A DNA stretch of 64,000 nt from Alphaproteobacteria bacterium. Its GTDB lineage: Bacteria; Pseudomonadota; Alphaproteobacteria; Bin95. The notes below the pieces were generated by a model. It had not been told where the DNA came from, made no database searches, and saw only the letters and a list, made by a program, of their open reading frames with translations. The translations under genes were made by a program, and so were the position numbers. The stretch is from NCBI GenBank assembly GCA_965261985.1, contig OZ253490.1, forward strand, positions 3,730,631 to 3,794,630. Direction: 5' to 3'. Numbering within the stretch: the first letter of the stretch is position 1; every line of letters begins with the position of its first letter. Positions 1 to 12,298 of this stretch are shown here, in pieces.

Positions 1-880
1 CGATTGTGTCACGCGGCCTGACATTGTGTCGCCCCGCAAACTCCCCGATGTAGCGGTCCATGTGCTTTTCGCTGAAATGGTGGAAGGTGCCTTGGTAGCC
101 GCGTTTCAGCATGGCCCAGAAGGACTCGATGCCGTTCGTGTGCGCCATGTCCCGGACATATTCGCCGGCACTGTGATTGACCGCTTCATGCTCAAACGGC
201 ATCCCGACATAGGCAGCCGCTTCGTCGGTATAGACAGTCGCGCCCGGAGCCGCGTTCTTGACGATGAAGCCGTGCAGCGTCTTCGCATCGGTGCGCTTGA
301 CGACATGCGCCGTGACCGTGTTCGTCGCGCGGTCCTTCGCGCCCGCAACCGCCGTCTTGCCAACCGCGCCGCGCCCCGTCAGCTCTTTGCGCTTTGCCTT
401 CGGCATGTTCTTCCGCTTGCCGCCCATGTAGGTCTCATCAACCTCTACGGGGCCAACAAAGTGCCCTTGCTTCGCCTCTAGGGTCTTCCGGATGCGGTGC
501 GCCAAATGCCATGCCGTCTTCTGCGTCACGCCAAGATCGCGATGCAGCTTCATCGACGAAACGCCTTTCAGGTTCGTCGCCACCAGATAGAAGGCGATGG
601 CCCAAACGCGGTAGCCCAGCTTCGTGCCTTCCATGATCGTGCCGGTTCGCAGCGTGAACATCGGGCGCGTCTCGCAATCCCGGCAGCGGTGCGTCATGGT
701 CTTGTGCTTGATGCCGCACTGGACGTTGAACGATCCGCAATAGGGGCAGTATGCGCCTTGCGACCAACGCCGCTCGACAAACCATGCTTCGGCAGCCGCG
801 TCGGTCGGGAACAGGTCTGTAATCTGGATCAGCGTCAGGCCCTTGCGGTTTGCCTTGCCCGGTCCCCTGTGCTTCGCCAT
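1..880 (-). CDS. IS1595-family transposase; N-terminus at 880, C-terminus runs off the window edge, so partial
   Basis: Reverse-strand translation from the ATG at 880 gives MAKHRGPGKANRKGLTLIQITDLFPTDAAAEAWFVERRWSQGAYCPYCGS...YTDEAAAYVG...HSAGEYVRDMAHTNGIESFWAMLKRGYQGTFHHFSEKHMDRYIGEFAGRHN. This is the typical N-terminal zinc-finger plus DDE core of IS1595/ISXO2-like transposases. The ORF is absent from the six-frame track because it has no stop codon inside the window. Confidence 0.8.
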   Translation of the reverse strand, partial: MAKHRGPGKANRKGLTLIQITDLFPTDAAAEAWFVERRWSQGAYCPYCGSFNVQCGIKHKTMTHRCRDCETRPMFTLRTGTIMEGTKLGYRVWAIAFYLVATNLKGVSSMKLHRDLGVTQKTAWHLAHRIRKTLEAKQGHFVGPVEVDETYMGGKRKNMPKAKRKELTGRGAVGKTAVAGAKDRATNTVTAHVVKRTDAKTLHGFIVKNAAPGATVYTDEAAAYVGMPFEHEAVNHSAGEYVRDMAHTNGIESFWAMLKRGYQGTFHHFSEKHMDRYIGEFAGRHNVRPRDTI

Positions 881-892
881 GTTCCCGCCTCC

Positions 893-922
893 ATATTGTG
901 ACTCTGTTATAAATCACAATCG
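893..922. repeat. Palindromic terminal repeat (attgtga...tcacaat) just outside the IS1595-family transposase start; likely IS end
   Basis: The sequence tattgtgactctgttataaatcacaatcgg has inverted arms ATTGTGA/TCACAAT and lies immediately upstream of the transposase ATG. Confidence 0.35.
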
Positions 923-959
923 GGCGGGCGTCAACAGAAAAATGTGACTTTCGTATATA

Positions 960-2513
960 ATCCCCTTTGAAAATGAGTCAACCTTTCCATGAGTGGTTCC
1001 AAACCGTTGCATGGTCCTTTACCGGGGTCGCGATCCGAGACTTCGGGTCAGAAGAACGCGCGTCTGGAGTTGGAGAACGCCTGGCTGCGGGATCGGAACG
1101 CGCGTCTTGTTGAGCGGATTTCGGCGTTGGAGCGTCGTCTTGGCCTGAACAGCCGCAACAGCGGCCAGCCGCCGTCGAGCGACGGTCAGAAGAAGCCAGC
1201 GGCGGAGCGTCGAACCCGTAGCCTGAGGGGTAAGACGGGCCGTAAGCCGGGCGGTCAGACGGGGCACAAGGGCAAGACGCTGTGCCGGACGGCCAGCCCG
1301 GACCGTGTGGAGGAGCATGTTCCGTCGTCCTGCCGGGGCTGCGGGGCGTCGCTGTCGGCGGCGGTCGGCCAGCCGGTCGCGCGGCAGGTTTTCGACCTGC
1401 CGGAGCCGCGCCCGCTGGAGGTCACGGAGCATCGGGGGCATGCGCGGCGCTGCGGGCGTTGCGGGGTGGTGACGCGAGTGGCGTTCCCGGTCGACGTGTC
1501 GGCTCCGGTGCCGTATGGCCAGCGCCTTGCCGGTGCGGCGGTCTGGCTGCGGCACGCCCATTTCCTGCCGGAGCGGCGGCTGTCTCAGGTCATGGCAGTG
1601 TTGTTCGGCGCGCGGGTGTCGCCGGCGACATTGGCGGCGATGAGCGGGCGGGCAGCAGGGCGTCTGCGGCGCGCCGCCGCGCGCATACAGGACCTTGCGG
1701 CCAGCAAGGCGCGGGTGAAGCATCTGGACGAGACCGGTCTGCGCGTGGGCGGACGCACGCGGTGGCTTCATGTGATCTGCACGCCCCTGCTGGCGGCGTA
1801 TCGGGTGAGCGAGCGGCGCGGGGCCGTGCTTCCGGGCGTGACCGGCGTGGCGGTGCACGACCACTGGCAATGCTATTGGCCGATGGAGGGTGTGGAGCAT
1901 GCGCTTTGCAATGCGCATCGCTTGCGGGAGTTGCAGGCGCTGGTGGAGTTCGACAAGGAAGACTGGGCGCGGCGCCTGCAGCGGCTTCTGCTTCGGGCCT
2001 GGCGTGTGGCCCGGATAGCACGGGAGAGGGATATTGCCGTTCCGGCGCGGCTTTTGGCGCGGCTCGCGCGCGGCTACGACAGGCTGCTTGTCGAGGCGAT
2101 GGCGTTCCATGAGAGCCAGCCGCCGCTCTCGCCTCCCAGGCCGGGCAGACGCGGGGCCCCGCGGCGGCGCAAGGGCCACAACCTCGCCTTGCGCCTGCAT
2201 GAGCGCAGGGACGAGACCCTGCGCTTCCTGACCGACCCACAGGTGCCCTTCACCAACAATGAGGCCGAGCGCGACCTGCGCATGATGAAACTGCGGCAGA
2301 AAATCTCCGGCGGCTTCCGGTCCCGAAGCGGCGCCGACGACTTCGCCGTCCTGCGCACAATCATCGCCACCGCTCAGAAGCAGCGCCGCGACGTCGTCAA
2401 GGCCCTGACAGGCACACCCGAACGCTTCATCGCTGACTTCCAATACGCTTGAACAAAAACCCAAGCACGGCCGCACAAATCGCCAATGTGCTGGGCAGTT
2501 ACGATATGTCATG
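960..2513 (+). mobile_element. IS66-family element (single-ORF, ISBst12-like subgroup), copy 1; left terminus missing and abutted by the IS1595-family element
   Basis: The right end at 2491-2513 (ctgggcagttacgatatgtcatg) matches the terminal inverted repeat of copy 2. Upstream, homology with copy 2 starts only at tttgaaaatgag (about 966), and the gtaactgcccagg left repeat is absent. Confidence 0.65.
989..2452 (+). CDS. IS66-family transposase (TnpC-type)
   Basis: 487 aa carrying the hallmark motifs KHLDETGLRV, LCNAHRLRE and FTNNEAERDLRMMKLRQKISGG. No tnpA/tnpB-like ORFs lie upstream, which fits the single-ORF IS66 subgroup. Confidence 0.9.
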   Translation: MSGSKPLHGPLPGSRSETSGQKNARLELENAWLRDRNARLVERISALERRLGLNSRNSGQPPSSDGQKKPAAERRTRSLRGKTGRKPGGQTGHKGKTLCRTASPDRVEEHVPSSCRGCGASLSAAVGQPVARQVFDLPEPRPLEVTEHRGHARRCGRCGVVTRVAFPVDVSAPVPYGQRLAGAAVWLRHAHFLPERRLSQVMAVLFGARVSPATLAAMSGRAAGRLRRAAARIQDLAASKARVKHLDETGLRVGGRTRWLHVICTPLLAAYRVSERRGAVLPGVTGVAVHDHWQCYWPMEGVEHALCNAHRLRELQALVEFDKEDWARRLQRLLLRAWRVARIARERDIAVPARLLARLARGYDRLLVEAMAFHESQPPLSPPRPGRRGAPRRRKGHNLALRLHERRDETLRFLTDPQVPFTNNEAERDLRMMKLRQKISGGFRSRSGADDFAVLRTIIATAQKQRRDVVKALTGTPERFIADFQYA

Positions 2514-2882
2514 AAATGTCATGTTTTGTCATGGTCTGCAGCGCCACTTGCCGCTCTGCCGGCCTCGCCGAAGCTCCGTCCGTCTGCATCCTGCATGTCG
2601 TTTGTATGGACGCCTCCCGGAACGCAAGGATCGATTTTTGTGTGACGGCCAGGCAGATTGCAGTTTTGTATCCGGCCTATCGATGCAGGGCTTTGTGCCC
2701 GCTGGCCCCGATGGAATTTGCCGATCCGCGCCTCATTTCCTCCGGTGAGCTTTTCGCCCTACACGACATGCAGGCTTGGCGGATCGCGGTCTGACCTGTT
2801 TGCCATCACACCTTGTCTTGCCTTGCGCAAGCTTTCAGCGACCACCTCCTGTATCGGTTCGCAGTTCCGTCGTCAGCCGCGG

Positions 2883-3717
2883 CTATGCCGGCTGGCTGAC
2901 AAAGTTCGTCTCGTATGTCCGGTCATGGGCCAGCAATGCCCAGATCGTGCGTGCGGTCTTGTTGGCCAGCGCGACCGTGACCACGTTAGGCGCTCGCCGC
3001 TCGGCCAGGCGCAACGCCCATGCGGGCGGCGCCTTGCTGCTGGTGAGCACGGCACGGGCGCCGTGGATCAACAGGGTTCGAAGGTATTTGTCCCCGCGCT
3101 TGGAGATGCCGGGCATGCGAACGCGACCTCCGGTGCCCGTGTGCCGTGGCACCGGGCCGAGCCAGGCGGCGAACTCGCGCCCGGACCGGAACGCCGTGGG
3201 ATCGCCCATCGCGGCCACGACGGCCGTCGCAGTCAGCACTCCGACGCCGGGGATCTCCGCGACCCGCTGGCTGTCGGCGTTGCTGCGGTGCCAAAGCCCG
3301 ATCCGCCGTTCGATCTCGCCGATCTCCCGGTCGAGCTGGCCGACCCGCGCCCACTGCTCGCGCAGGGTCTCCACGATCATCGCCGGCAACCGCTCCGCGA
3401 CCCGCTTCAGGGCCGGGCCGATCGTTCGGCTTATGCCGGCGCGGCCCTGCGCCATGACCTCGCCGTATTCGGTCAGCAGGCCACGCAGGTAACAGCCTGA
3501 CCTCGTGGCCGAGACCCCGAAGCTGGCGTGCCCAGTGCTGCGAGCCGCCGCACGCTTCCATCGCGATCGGACACGGGGCGCGGTTGGCGAAGCGATCCAG
3601 GAACTTCCCGCGCGTCAGCTTCAAATCCACGATCTCGCCCATCTCCGTATCCACCCCGTGCAGTTGGAACACTCGCTTCGCCGTATCCACGCCAAAGACG
3701 GTTCTGTTAGTCTCCAT
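2883..3717 (-). pseudogene. IS110-family transposase, disrupted by an internal deletion plus frameshift
   Basis: The N-terminal segment METNRTVFGVDTAKRVFQLHGVDTEMGEIV...AMEACGGSQHWARQLRGLGHEVRLL is in one frame (about 3717-3492). The C-terminal segment ...EIPGVGVLTATAVVAAMGDPTAFRSGREFAAWLGPVPRHTGTGGRVRMPGISKRGDKYLRTLLIHGARAV is in another (3455-2883). Roughly 80 residues of the central region, including the YVKRGKND..DAEAI block, are missing. Confidence 0.7.
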
Positions 3718-4020
3718 ATCGGACCCTCCGGTTTGCCTGCGAAGAGCTTGCTCTTCCCACTTGGCATTTCGATGCCGTCGGCCCGTGAGGGTCCAACTCA
3801 ACCCGCCGGCCCACGAACATCAGGGGGTGGGAGGCGTCCATCCCATTTCCTCCATCGCGTTTCGTTCCGTTCGCGCCGCCGCCGGATTGCCTGCGGCGCG
3901 TCCCTTTTTCGCGGTAGAGTCGAGGACTGGCGCGCCAGCTTTAGGGTTCGGTGGCTGTTCCGGCGCTTTCGCGTCGGGCCTCAGTCCGGCTCCCATGACT
4001 GCGTTTCCAGTCCCCGCTCA

Positions 4021-4057
<37 letters not shown>

Positions 4058-4213
4058 GGACGAGATCATGCCTTCGCACTCGGAAGGCCCATGGTCGTTC
4101 GCGTCAGGCGCACGAGGCTGTATTCGCCATGCTGCAGCGCGTCGATCAAGGTGAGATTCCGCGTCGATCTGGATGAGACGGGGACGGCGGGCCGAGACGG
4201 AGGGAGGGCGTAG

Positions 4214-6655
<2,442 letters not shown>

Positions 6656-6835
6656 ACCCCCGATCGGCGTGCAATATTGACCCCCCTGAGTGGCACGGCG
6701 GAGGTTGTCCCGGTAGTCAACAGGGGGGACCCGCGCGGCTTCGTGTAGCGCCCTGCGCTACGCGGAGCGAAGCCGCGTGGGGGGTGCCTGTTGGCCCACC
6801 GGGGCAACCGGGCCGCGGGGACGGTCGGCGCCGGG

Positions 6836-7564
6836 TCAGGAGCGGTTCTTGAAGCGCCAGCTCTCGTTTCCGGTCTCGATGATCTCGCAATGATGGGTCA
6901 GGCGGTCGAGCAGGGCTGTGGTCATCTTGGGGTCGCCGAAGACGGACGGCCATTCGCCGAAGGCGAGGTTGGTGGTGATGACGATCGAGGTGCGCTCGTA
7001 GAGCCGGCTCATGAGGTGGAAGAGCAGCTGCCCGCCGGCCTGGGCGAAGGGCAGGTAGCCGAGTTCGTCGAGGATGACGAAGTCGCGCCGGGTGAGCTGG
7101 TCCGCGGTGCGGCCCTGGCGTCCGGAGCGGATCTCGGCCTCGAGGAGATTGACCAGGTCGACGACGTTGTAGAAGCGGCCGCGCGCGCCCTTGCGGATGC
7201 AGGACCGCGCGATGGCGACGGCGAGATGGGTCTTGCCGGTGCCGGTGCCGCCGACCAGCACGATGTTGCGCTTGGCTTCCAGGAAGCCGCCCATTGCGAG
7301 GTCGCGGATCAGGGGCTCGTTGACCGGCGAGGCGGCGAAGTCGAACTCGGCCAGCTCCTTGGCCGCCGGCAGCCTGGCGGACGCCATCTGGTACTTGATC
7401 GAGCGTGCCGTCTTGTCGGCGATCTCGGCCCTCAGCAGAGCGCCGAAGATCTGTTGCACCGGATGACGGCGCTTGAGCCCGTCGGCGAGGATGTCGTCAT
7501 AGGCGGCGCGCATCCCCGCGAGCTTCAGCGTTGTCATCATCGCCAGCACCTCATGACGCTCCAT
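6836..7564 (-). CDS. istB: IS21-family IstB (element B)
   Basis: 242 aa with the [19 protein letters not shown]-loop, [11 protein letters not shown] and [20 protein letters not shown]. Confidence 0.9.
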   Translation of the reverse strand: MERHEVLAMMTTLKLAGMRAAYDDILADGLKRRHPVQQIFGALLRAEIADKTARSIKYQMASARLPAAKELAEFDFAASPVNEPLIRDLAMGGFLEAKRNIVLVGGTGTGKTHLAVAIARSCIRKGARGRFYNVVDLVNLLEAEIRSGRQGRTADQLTRRDFVILDELGYLPFAQAGGQLLFHLMSRLYERTSIVITTNLAFGEWPSVFGDPKMTTALLDRLTHHCEIIETGNESWRFKNRS

Positions 7565-9065
7565 GGCCGGCCCCCCTCAGGCGGTCGTAGCGCCGACAGT
7601 CGGCCACCGGCTGGTGGCGAAGCCGCAGGCCCTCGGGCGTCGGGATGGTCGCCGGCGGCGCCGGCTGGCACCGCCGGGCCAGGATGTTGAGCACGACGTC
7701 GGCGCTGCAGGCGCCGCTGTCGAGCGCCTCGGCACAGGCCGCCTCGACCGCCTCCAGCCCGTCCTCCAGCACCGCCGCGAGAACCTTGACGAACTGCCGG
7801 TCGCCGTCGTCGCGGGCGGAAAGCCGGGTCCGCAGGCGCCCGAGCGCGTTAGGCAACTGCCAGCCCTTGAAGGGCGCGCCATTGCGCAGCGCGCCGGGCT
7901 TCTTCGTCAGAATCGGCACGTAGTGCCACGGATCGTAGACGATCCGGCCGCGCCCGAAGCTGCGGGGATGCTCGGCGACGATCTCGCCGTCCTGGCGGAT
8001 GACGATCCGATCGGCATAGGCCCGCACGTCCACCGGTCGCCCGACCGCGCGGGCCGCCACGCTGTACTGGTTGTTGTCGAAGCGCACCAGACAAGTCTTG
8101 GAGACCGCTACCTCAGTGGCGTGGAAGCCGTCGAAGGGGCCGCGATACGCTGTCAGGAAGGGCCGCTCCTCCTCGAACACCTGCCACACCGTCTTGCCCG
8201 GGATCGTCGGATGCGGACGCTTCCTGGCGTCCTCGATGCACCGATCCATGAGCCACTCGTTGATCTCGGCGTAGGAGCGGCCCCGCGGGCTGGGCACGAA
8301 CAGGCGGCCGCGAACGTCACCCACCTGTCTCTCGACCTGCCCCTTCTCCCAGCCAGCCCCGGGCGTGCACGCCACAGGCTCCACCAGATGGTGGGTACAC
8401 ATCTCCTGGAAGCGGCGGTTGTAGTCCCGCTTCTTGCCCACGAACACCGTGCTCACCGCCGTCTTCATGTTGTCGTAGATGCCGCGCCGGCAGACCCCGC
8501 CGAAGAAGCGGAACGCGCGCTCGTGCGCCTCGAACACCATCTCCTGGCTCTCGCGCGGGAAGATCTGGACCAGCTGCATGCGGCTGTGACACAGCCGCAT
8601 GTGCGCCGCCTTCACCCTGGTCGTCGTGCCCGACAACACCGCGTATTCGTGGCTCCAGTCGAACTGGTAGGCCTCGCCCGGATCGAAGATCAGCGGCACA
8701 TAGGCCTCGGACGACGACAACAGCCGGTGCCGGCGCCGCCAGACCCTGGCATAGCGGCGCACCGCGTCGTAGCCGCCCTCATAGCCCAGAGACGCAAGGT
8801 CTTCATGAATCCGCAGCAGAGACAGCCGATCCCGGCGCGCCTTCTTCTCGTTGGCCTTCAGCTGGCGCTCGAGCTCATCCACCCACGGTCCAAGCTTCGG
8901 CATCGGCTGGATCTTGCGCTCGTAGCTGTACGAGGTCTCATCGCCCCGCACCACCTTGCGCACCGTGTTCTTCGAAACCCTCAAATCCCGGGCGATCGTC
9001 TTGGTCGGAACGCCCCTCACCAGATGATCCCGACGGATCCGTGCGATCGTTTCCACTACCAGCAT
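7551..9065 (-). CDS. istA: IS21-family transposase IstA (element B)
   Basis: The likely start is [39 protein letters not shown] (HTH). The DDE region includes [10 protein letters not shown]...[14 protein letters not shown]. It overlaps istB by 14 nt. Confidence 0.88.
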   Translation of the reverse strand: MLVVETIARIRRDHLVRGVPTKTIARDLRVSKNTVRKVVRGDETSYSYERKIQPMPKLGPWVDELERQLKANEKKARRDRLSLLRIHEDLASLGYEGGYDAVRRYARVWRRRHRLLSSSEAYVPLIFDPGEAYQFDWSHEYAVLSGTTTRVKAAHMRLCHSRMQLVQIFPRESQEMVFEAHERAFRFFGGVCRRGIYDNMKTAVSTVFVGKKRDYNRRFQEMCTHHLVEPVACTPGAGWEKGQVERQVGDVRGRLFVPSPRGRSYAEINEWLMDRCIEDARKRPHPTIPGKTVWQVFEEERPFLTAYRGPFDGFHATEVAVSKTCLVRFDNNQYSVAARAVGRPVDVRAYADRIVIRQDGEIVAEHPRSFGRGRIVYDPWHYVPILTKKPGALRNGAPFKGWQLPNALGRLRTRLSARDDGDRQFVKVLAAVLEDGLEAVEAACAEALDSGACSADVVLNILARRCQPAPPATIPTPEGLRLRHQPVADCRRYDRLRGAGHGAS

Positions 9066-9479
9066 CTCCCCCTCACCTCGTCCGTCCAATGACAAGGTGC
9101 GTTCATGGGAACAAACCATGGGGGGGTCAATTTTGGACGCCGATTACCCCCAATCGGGGGTCAATATTCCACGCCGATCAACACGCAAACTTCGCCACGG
9201 ATAAAAACACCGCTCAAGAATGAGCCATGCAACGGCGCCGACAGAGCGGCGCCGCCAACAACCGTTCCCGGCCCGCAGGAATACCCTTCCTTGCGGGCCG
9301 TCTTCTGCCTCCACACCTCCCCGGCGCGACACTGACCGATGGCGGCGAAATGCCTGTTTGTCGCTCCGCGACAATCAAAATAACCAAGCCCCTTGAAATC
9401 TCCGTCACCACCCGCAATCATCCTCACGCCGCTGACGCCGTGAATCTCATCCTGATTGTCGCGCGCGGTATCACCCTGA

Positions 9480-11873
9480 TTGTCGCGCTATATGGAGGGT
9501 TACGCCCGGATCGTGACCGGCACGGCGATGCTGGCGGAGGGCCTGGAGCTTCCTGCCGGCCTGCGGGCGTTCGTCGATGAGGTTCGAAGCCGCGATGCGC
9601 AGGCTATTGCGGACCGCAGGCAGGGCTTCGCATTCCTGCGCAAGGCGGAGATGCACTGCCGCAACTGGCCGCTCCTGAAATGGGCCGCGGCGAAGCGCGG
9701 GCGGCCGCTCGGCGAACTTCCCGAACATGCGGCCTGGCTGGCCGAGGGCGCGGCGCTCGCCGGGACGGGCCGGCGGATCGAGACGGGCAGCGGCGCCGGC
9801 ATTGCCGCCGGGATCGGCGCCGCGCTCCGGCGCCTGGTGCGGAGCCGCGACCTCGATGAGGCGGCGCGGTTCCGGGAGGCCAGGACACGGCACGAGGCAG
9901 AGGCGCAGGCGGCAGGCCTCGCCCTCCGCGAGATGACCGGCGCCGCCTCGCTTGCCCAATGGGCGCGCAGCCTCCGGGGCCCGGAGGTGCCGGAGGCCCT
10001 GCGCCCGACCGTCGAGGCCTGGTGCGCGGTGGATGCGGAACGGGAGCCTGGGCCCGAAATGCGGCAGCGGGAACAGGCCCCGAATCCCGACAACGGGGAA
10101 GCGGCGCGGCGGATCGAGGCATTCCTGCTGGACTGCGACGGCCTCCTGTTCGAGGCCGGCAACGCCGGGATGGCCCTGTCGGTCGGCGTGACGGAACCGG
10201 ACCCCTGGGCCGCACGGGCCGGGACGCTCCGGCAGCAGGGGCTCAGGATGCTCGGCGAGGGACCGGGCGCGAGGCTCGACGACCCTGCCCGGATTCGTCT
10301 CGCGCGTGTCGAGCCCGACCGCGCGCGGGTTCGCGAGGCGGTCGACACCCTCGCGAAGGCAGCACGGCAACGCCGCTCGGAACGGTTCATGGCGCTCGGG
10401 CGGATTGTCCGGCAGCTCTGCCGGAAGACCGGCACCGACCCGGTCGATGCCGAGGAATGGCCCGCGCTCCGGACCCGTGCGGAGGAGCTCCGCGGCGAGC
10501 CCGGCCTGTCGCCGGCGGTGGAACGCGCGGTCCGCTGGGTGTTCGCCCGCAATGCCCGTGCGAAGGATGACACCCGGCCGGTCGCGGAGTTCCTGCAGGC
10601 CGGTGAGTTGCACATGCAGAAGCGCACAGAGCTGGAGGAGGAAGCCCGCAAGCGCGGGGTTGCGCCCGCCGCGCTCGAAGAGACGACGGCCTGGCGGGAA
10701 CGGTCCGACCGGCTTCCCGAGACAGGCGAGCGCCTGCTGGCTGGCGCCGGAGACGGTCCGGCAGAGGCGCGGGCAGCCGCCCGCCTCGAACGCATGCCAC
10801 GCCTGAGGGCGGAGGTGCGGGATGTCCTGGACAGTCTGGAGGCGGCCTGGCTGCGGGACCACATGGACGCGTTCCGGGCGGCTACGCGGACGGTTGAGGC
10901 GCGGGCCCGGCAGGCGGATACGCTCCCGCGCCATGCAGAGGGATATGGCCGCGCGATGGCGCTGGCGGAACTGCTTGCAGACCGCAAGACATTGCCTGAC
11001 GACTTACGGCAGGAAGTCCGGAACTGGCTCGACCGCGACCGGGACTGGCAGGAGGAACTGGCGGAGGCCGCCCGGCTCACCGGCGCGCCCGGACGACGCG
11101 CGGACCCGGGCGCAAAACGGGAAGCGTCCGCCTGGCCGGCAGTGGCCGAGGCGATCCGCCGCGAGACCGACAGGCTCGCCCGTTTGCCGGAACCCGGACG
11201 CTATCTCCGCTGGACCGACGACGTGCCGCTGGTCCCGGGCGACCGGCTTCGCCTGGGCTCCGGCAACAGCATCGAGGAGTTGGTCGTGGTGTCGGCCGGC
11301 GAGGCGGGCGGCACGCGCGAGACCGACAGGCTGGAGTTGCAGATCCTGTTCCCGACGGGCCCGGCTTCGCCGCCCGACAAGGGGCCGGTCGTTCTGTATG
11401 TCGCCCGACACATGATCGGCAGCGGCTGCGCCCGCGCCGTATGGTCTGACGAAGGGCTCCGGGACCTGGAACTGGCCCGGCAGCACTCCGTGCCCTCGGC
11501 CTTCTGCCGGCTGCCCTGTTCCGAACCGGTCCCGGGCGACCGCATCGCCTGGACCGAGGCAGACGTGACCCGGGACCGGGTCGTCCGGACGATCGAGGCC
11601 GTCGTCACGGCTCGGCCCGGCACTATCCTCTACCGAGGCGGCAGGCTCCAGCTCAGGGTGCTCGACGCCTCGGGCCCCGATGCACCCGACACCGGCAGCA
11701 CTATCGACAGGACCGTAGACGCCGTCACCGCGCGCGGCTGCTTCCGCGCCGAATGGACCGACGAAGCCCGTCGCGAGCGGATACTCAACCCGCCGGAGCC
11801 GCCGAGGCAGCAGGTAGTGCAGCGGACGCAGAAACAGAGCCAGCGCCACGAGGGCGGAGGGCGGTCAATGTGA
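9480..11873 (+). CDS. Large hypothetical protein (797 aa) with no recognisable domain; start codon uncertain (TTG at 9480, GTG near 9513 or ATG at 9528)
   Basis: The ORF is long and has a balanced, acidic, helix-prone composition (A/R/E/L/D-rich). That contrasts with the R/P/G/S-rich antisense ORFs that overlap it. I recognise no catalytic motif. Confidence 0.55.
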   Translation: MSRYMEGYARIVTGTAMLAEGLELPAGLRAFVDEVRSRDAQAIADRRQGFAFLRKAEMHCRNWPLLKWAAAKRGRPLGELPEHAAWLAEGAALAGTGRRIETGSGAGIAAGIGAALRRLVRSRDLDEAARFREARTRHEAEAQAAGLALREMTGAASLAQWARSLRGPEVPEALRPTVEAWCAVDAEREPGPEMRQREQAPNPDNGEAARRIEAFLLDCDGLLFEAGNAGMALSVGVTEPDPWAARAGTLRQQGLRMLGEGPGARLDDPARIRLARVEPDRARVREAVDTLAKAARQRRSERFMALGRIVRQLCRKTGTDPVDAEEWPALRTRAEELRGEPGLSPAVERAVRWVFARNARAKDDTRPVAEFLQAGELHMQKRTELEEEARKRGVAPAALEETTAWRERSDRLPETGERLLAGAGDGPAEARAAARLERMPRLRAEVRDVLDSLEAAWLRDHMDAFRAATRTVEARARQADTLPRHAEGYGRAMALAELLADRKTLPDDLRQEVRNWLDRDRDWQEELAEAARLTGAPGRRADPGAKREASAWPAVAEAIRRETDRLARLPEPGRYLRWTDDVPLVPGDRLRLGSGNSIEELVVVSAGEAGGTRETDRLELQILFPTGPASPPDKGPVVLYVARHMIGSGCARAVWSDEGLRDLELARQHSVPSAFCRLPCSEPVPGDRIAWTEADVTRDRVVRTIEAVVTARPGTILYRGGRLQLRVLDASGPDAPDTGSTIDRTVDAVTARGCFRAEWTDEARRERILNPPEPPRQQVVQRTQKQSQRHEGGGRSM

Positions 11874-12298
11874 ACCGGCGGACGGTTCAGCCGAAGCCGC
11901 GGCAGTCCAGCGCGCCAGCCATATCGTGCCGATCGCGGCTTCGCACCGCAGGGGGCCTTCCGGGACCCGGTTTCCCCGCCGTGCCGGAACCCGAGGCACG
12001 CCGGCTGCGAGCATCCCGGCCCGGGCGCTACGAAATACGCTCGTCCCGGCGACGGCGATCCGCGACGTGCGTCGGGCGTCTTCGAGACCGGCCGTTGCGC
12101 CGTTTCACCGCTTCCCGATCGAAAGTGAAAAATTCACCTTTGATTTTCGAGGATCGTGAACTCGTGCATTTGCGGAGCATGTCGCTAGCAGATGATCTGT
12201 CCGGTTTAGGTAGCACCTGATACCAGCGCCGCTGGTATTACCCACGGCTACCGGGGAAGCGAAAACTCCTACACCACCTCAGGGGACACAACCTGGGG

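Noticed and set aside
1019-2512. 497-aa minus-strand ORF antisense to the IS66 transposase gene
   Set aside because: Its composition is R/P/A/G-rich low complexity, and it lies fully inside a confidently identified gene on the other strand. It is a typical high-GC antisense artefact.
9471-11080. Two minus-strand ORFs (487 and 526 aa) overlapping the 797-aa hypothetical gene
   Set aside because: They are S/R/P/A-rich low-complexity translations, antisense to the plus-strand ORF, which has a balanced protein-like composition. I treated the plus-strand ORF as the gene.
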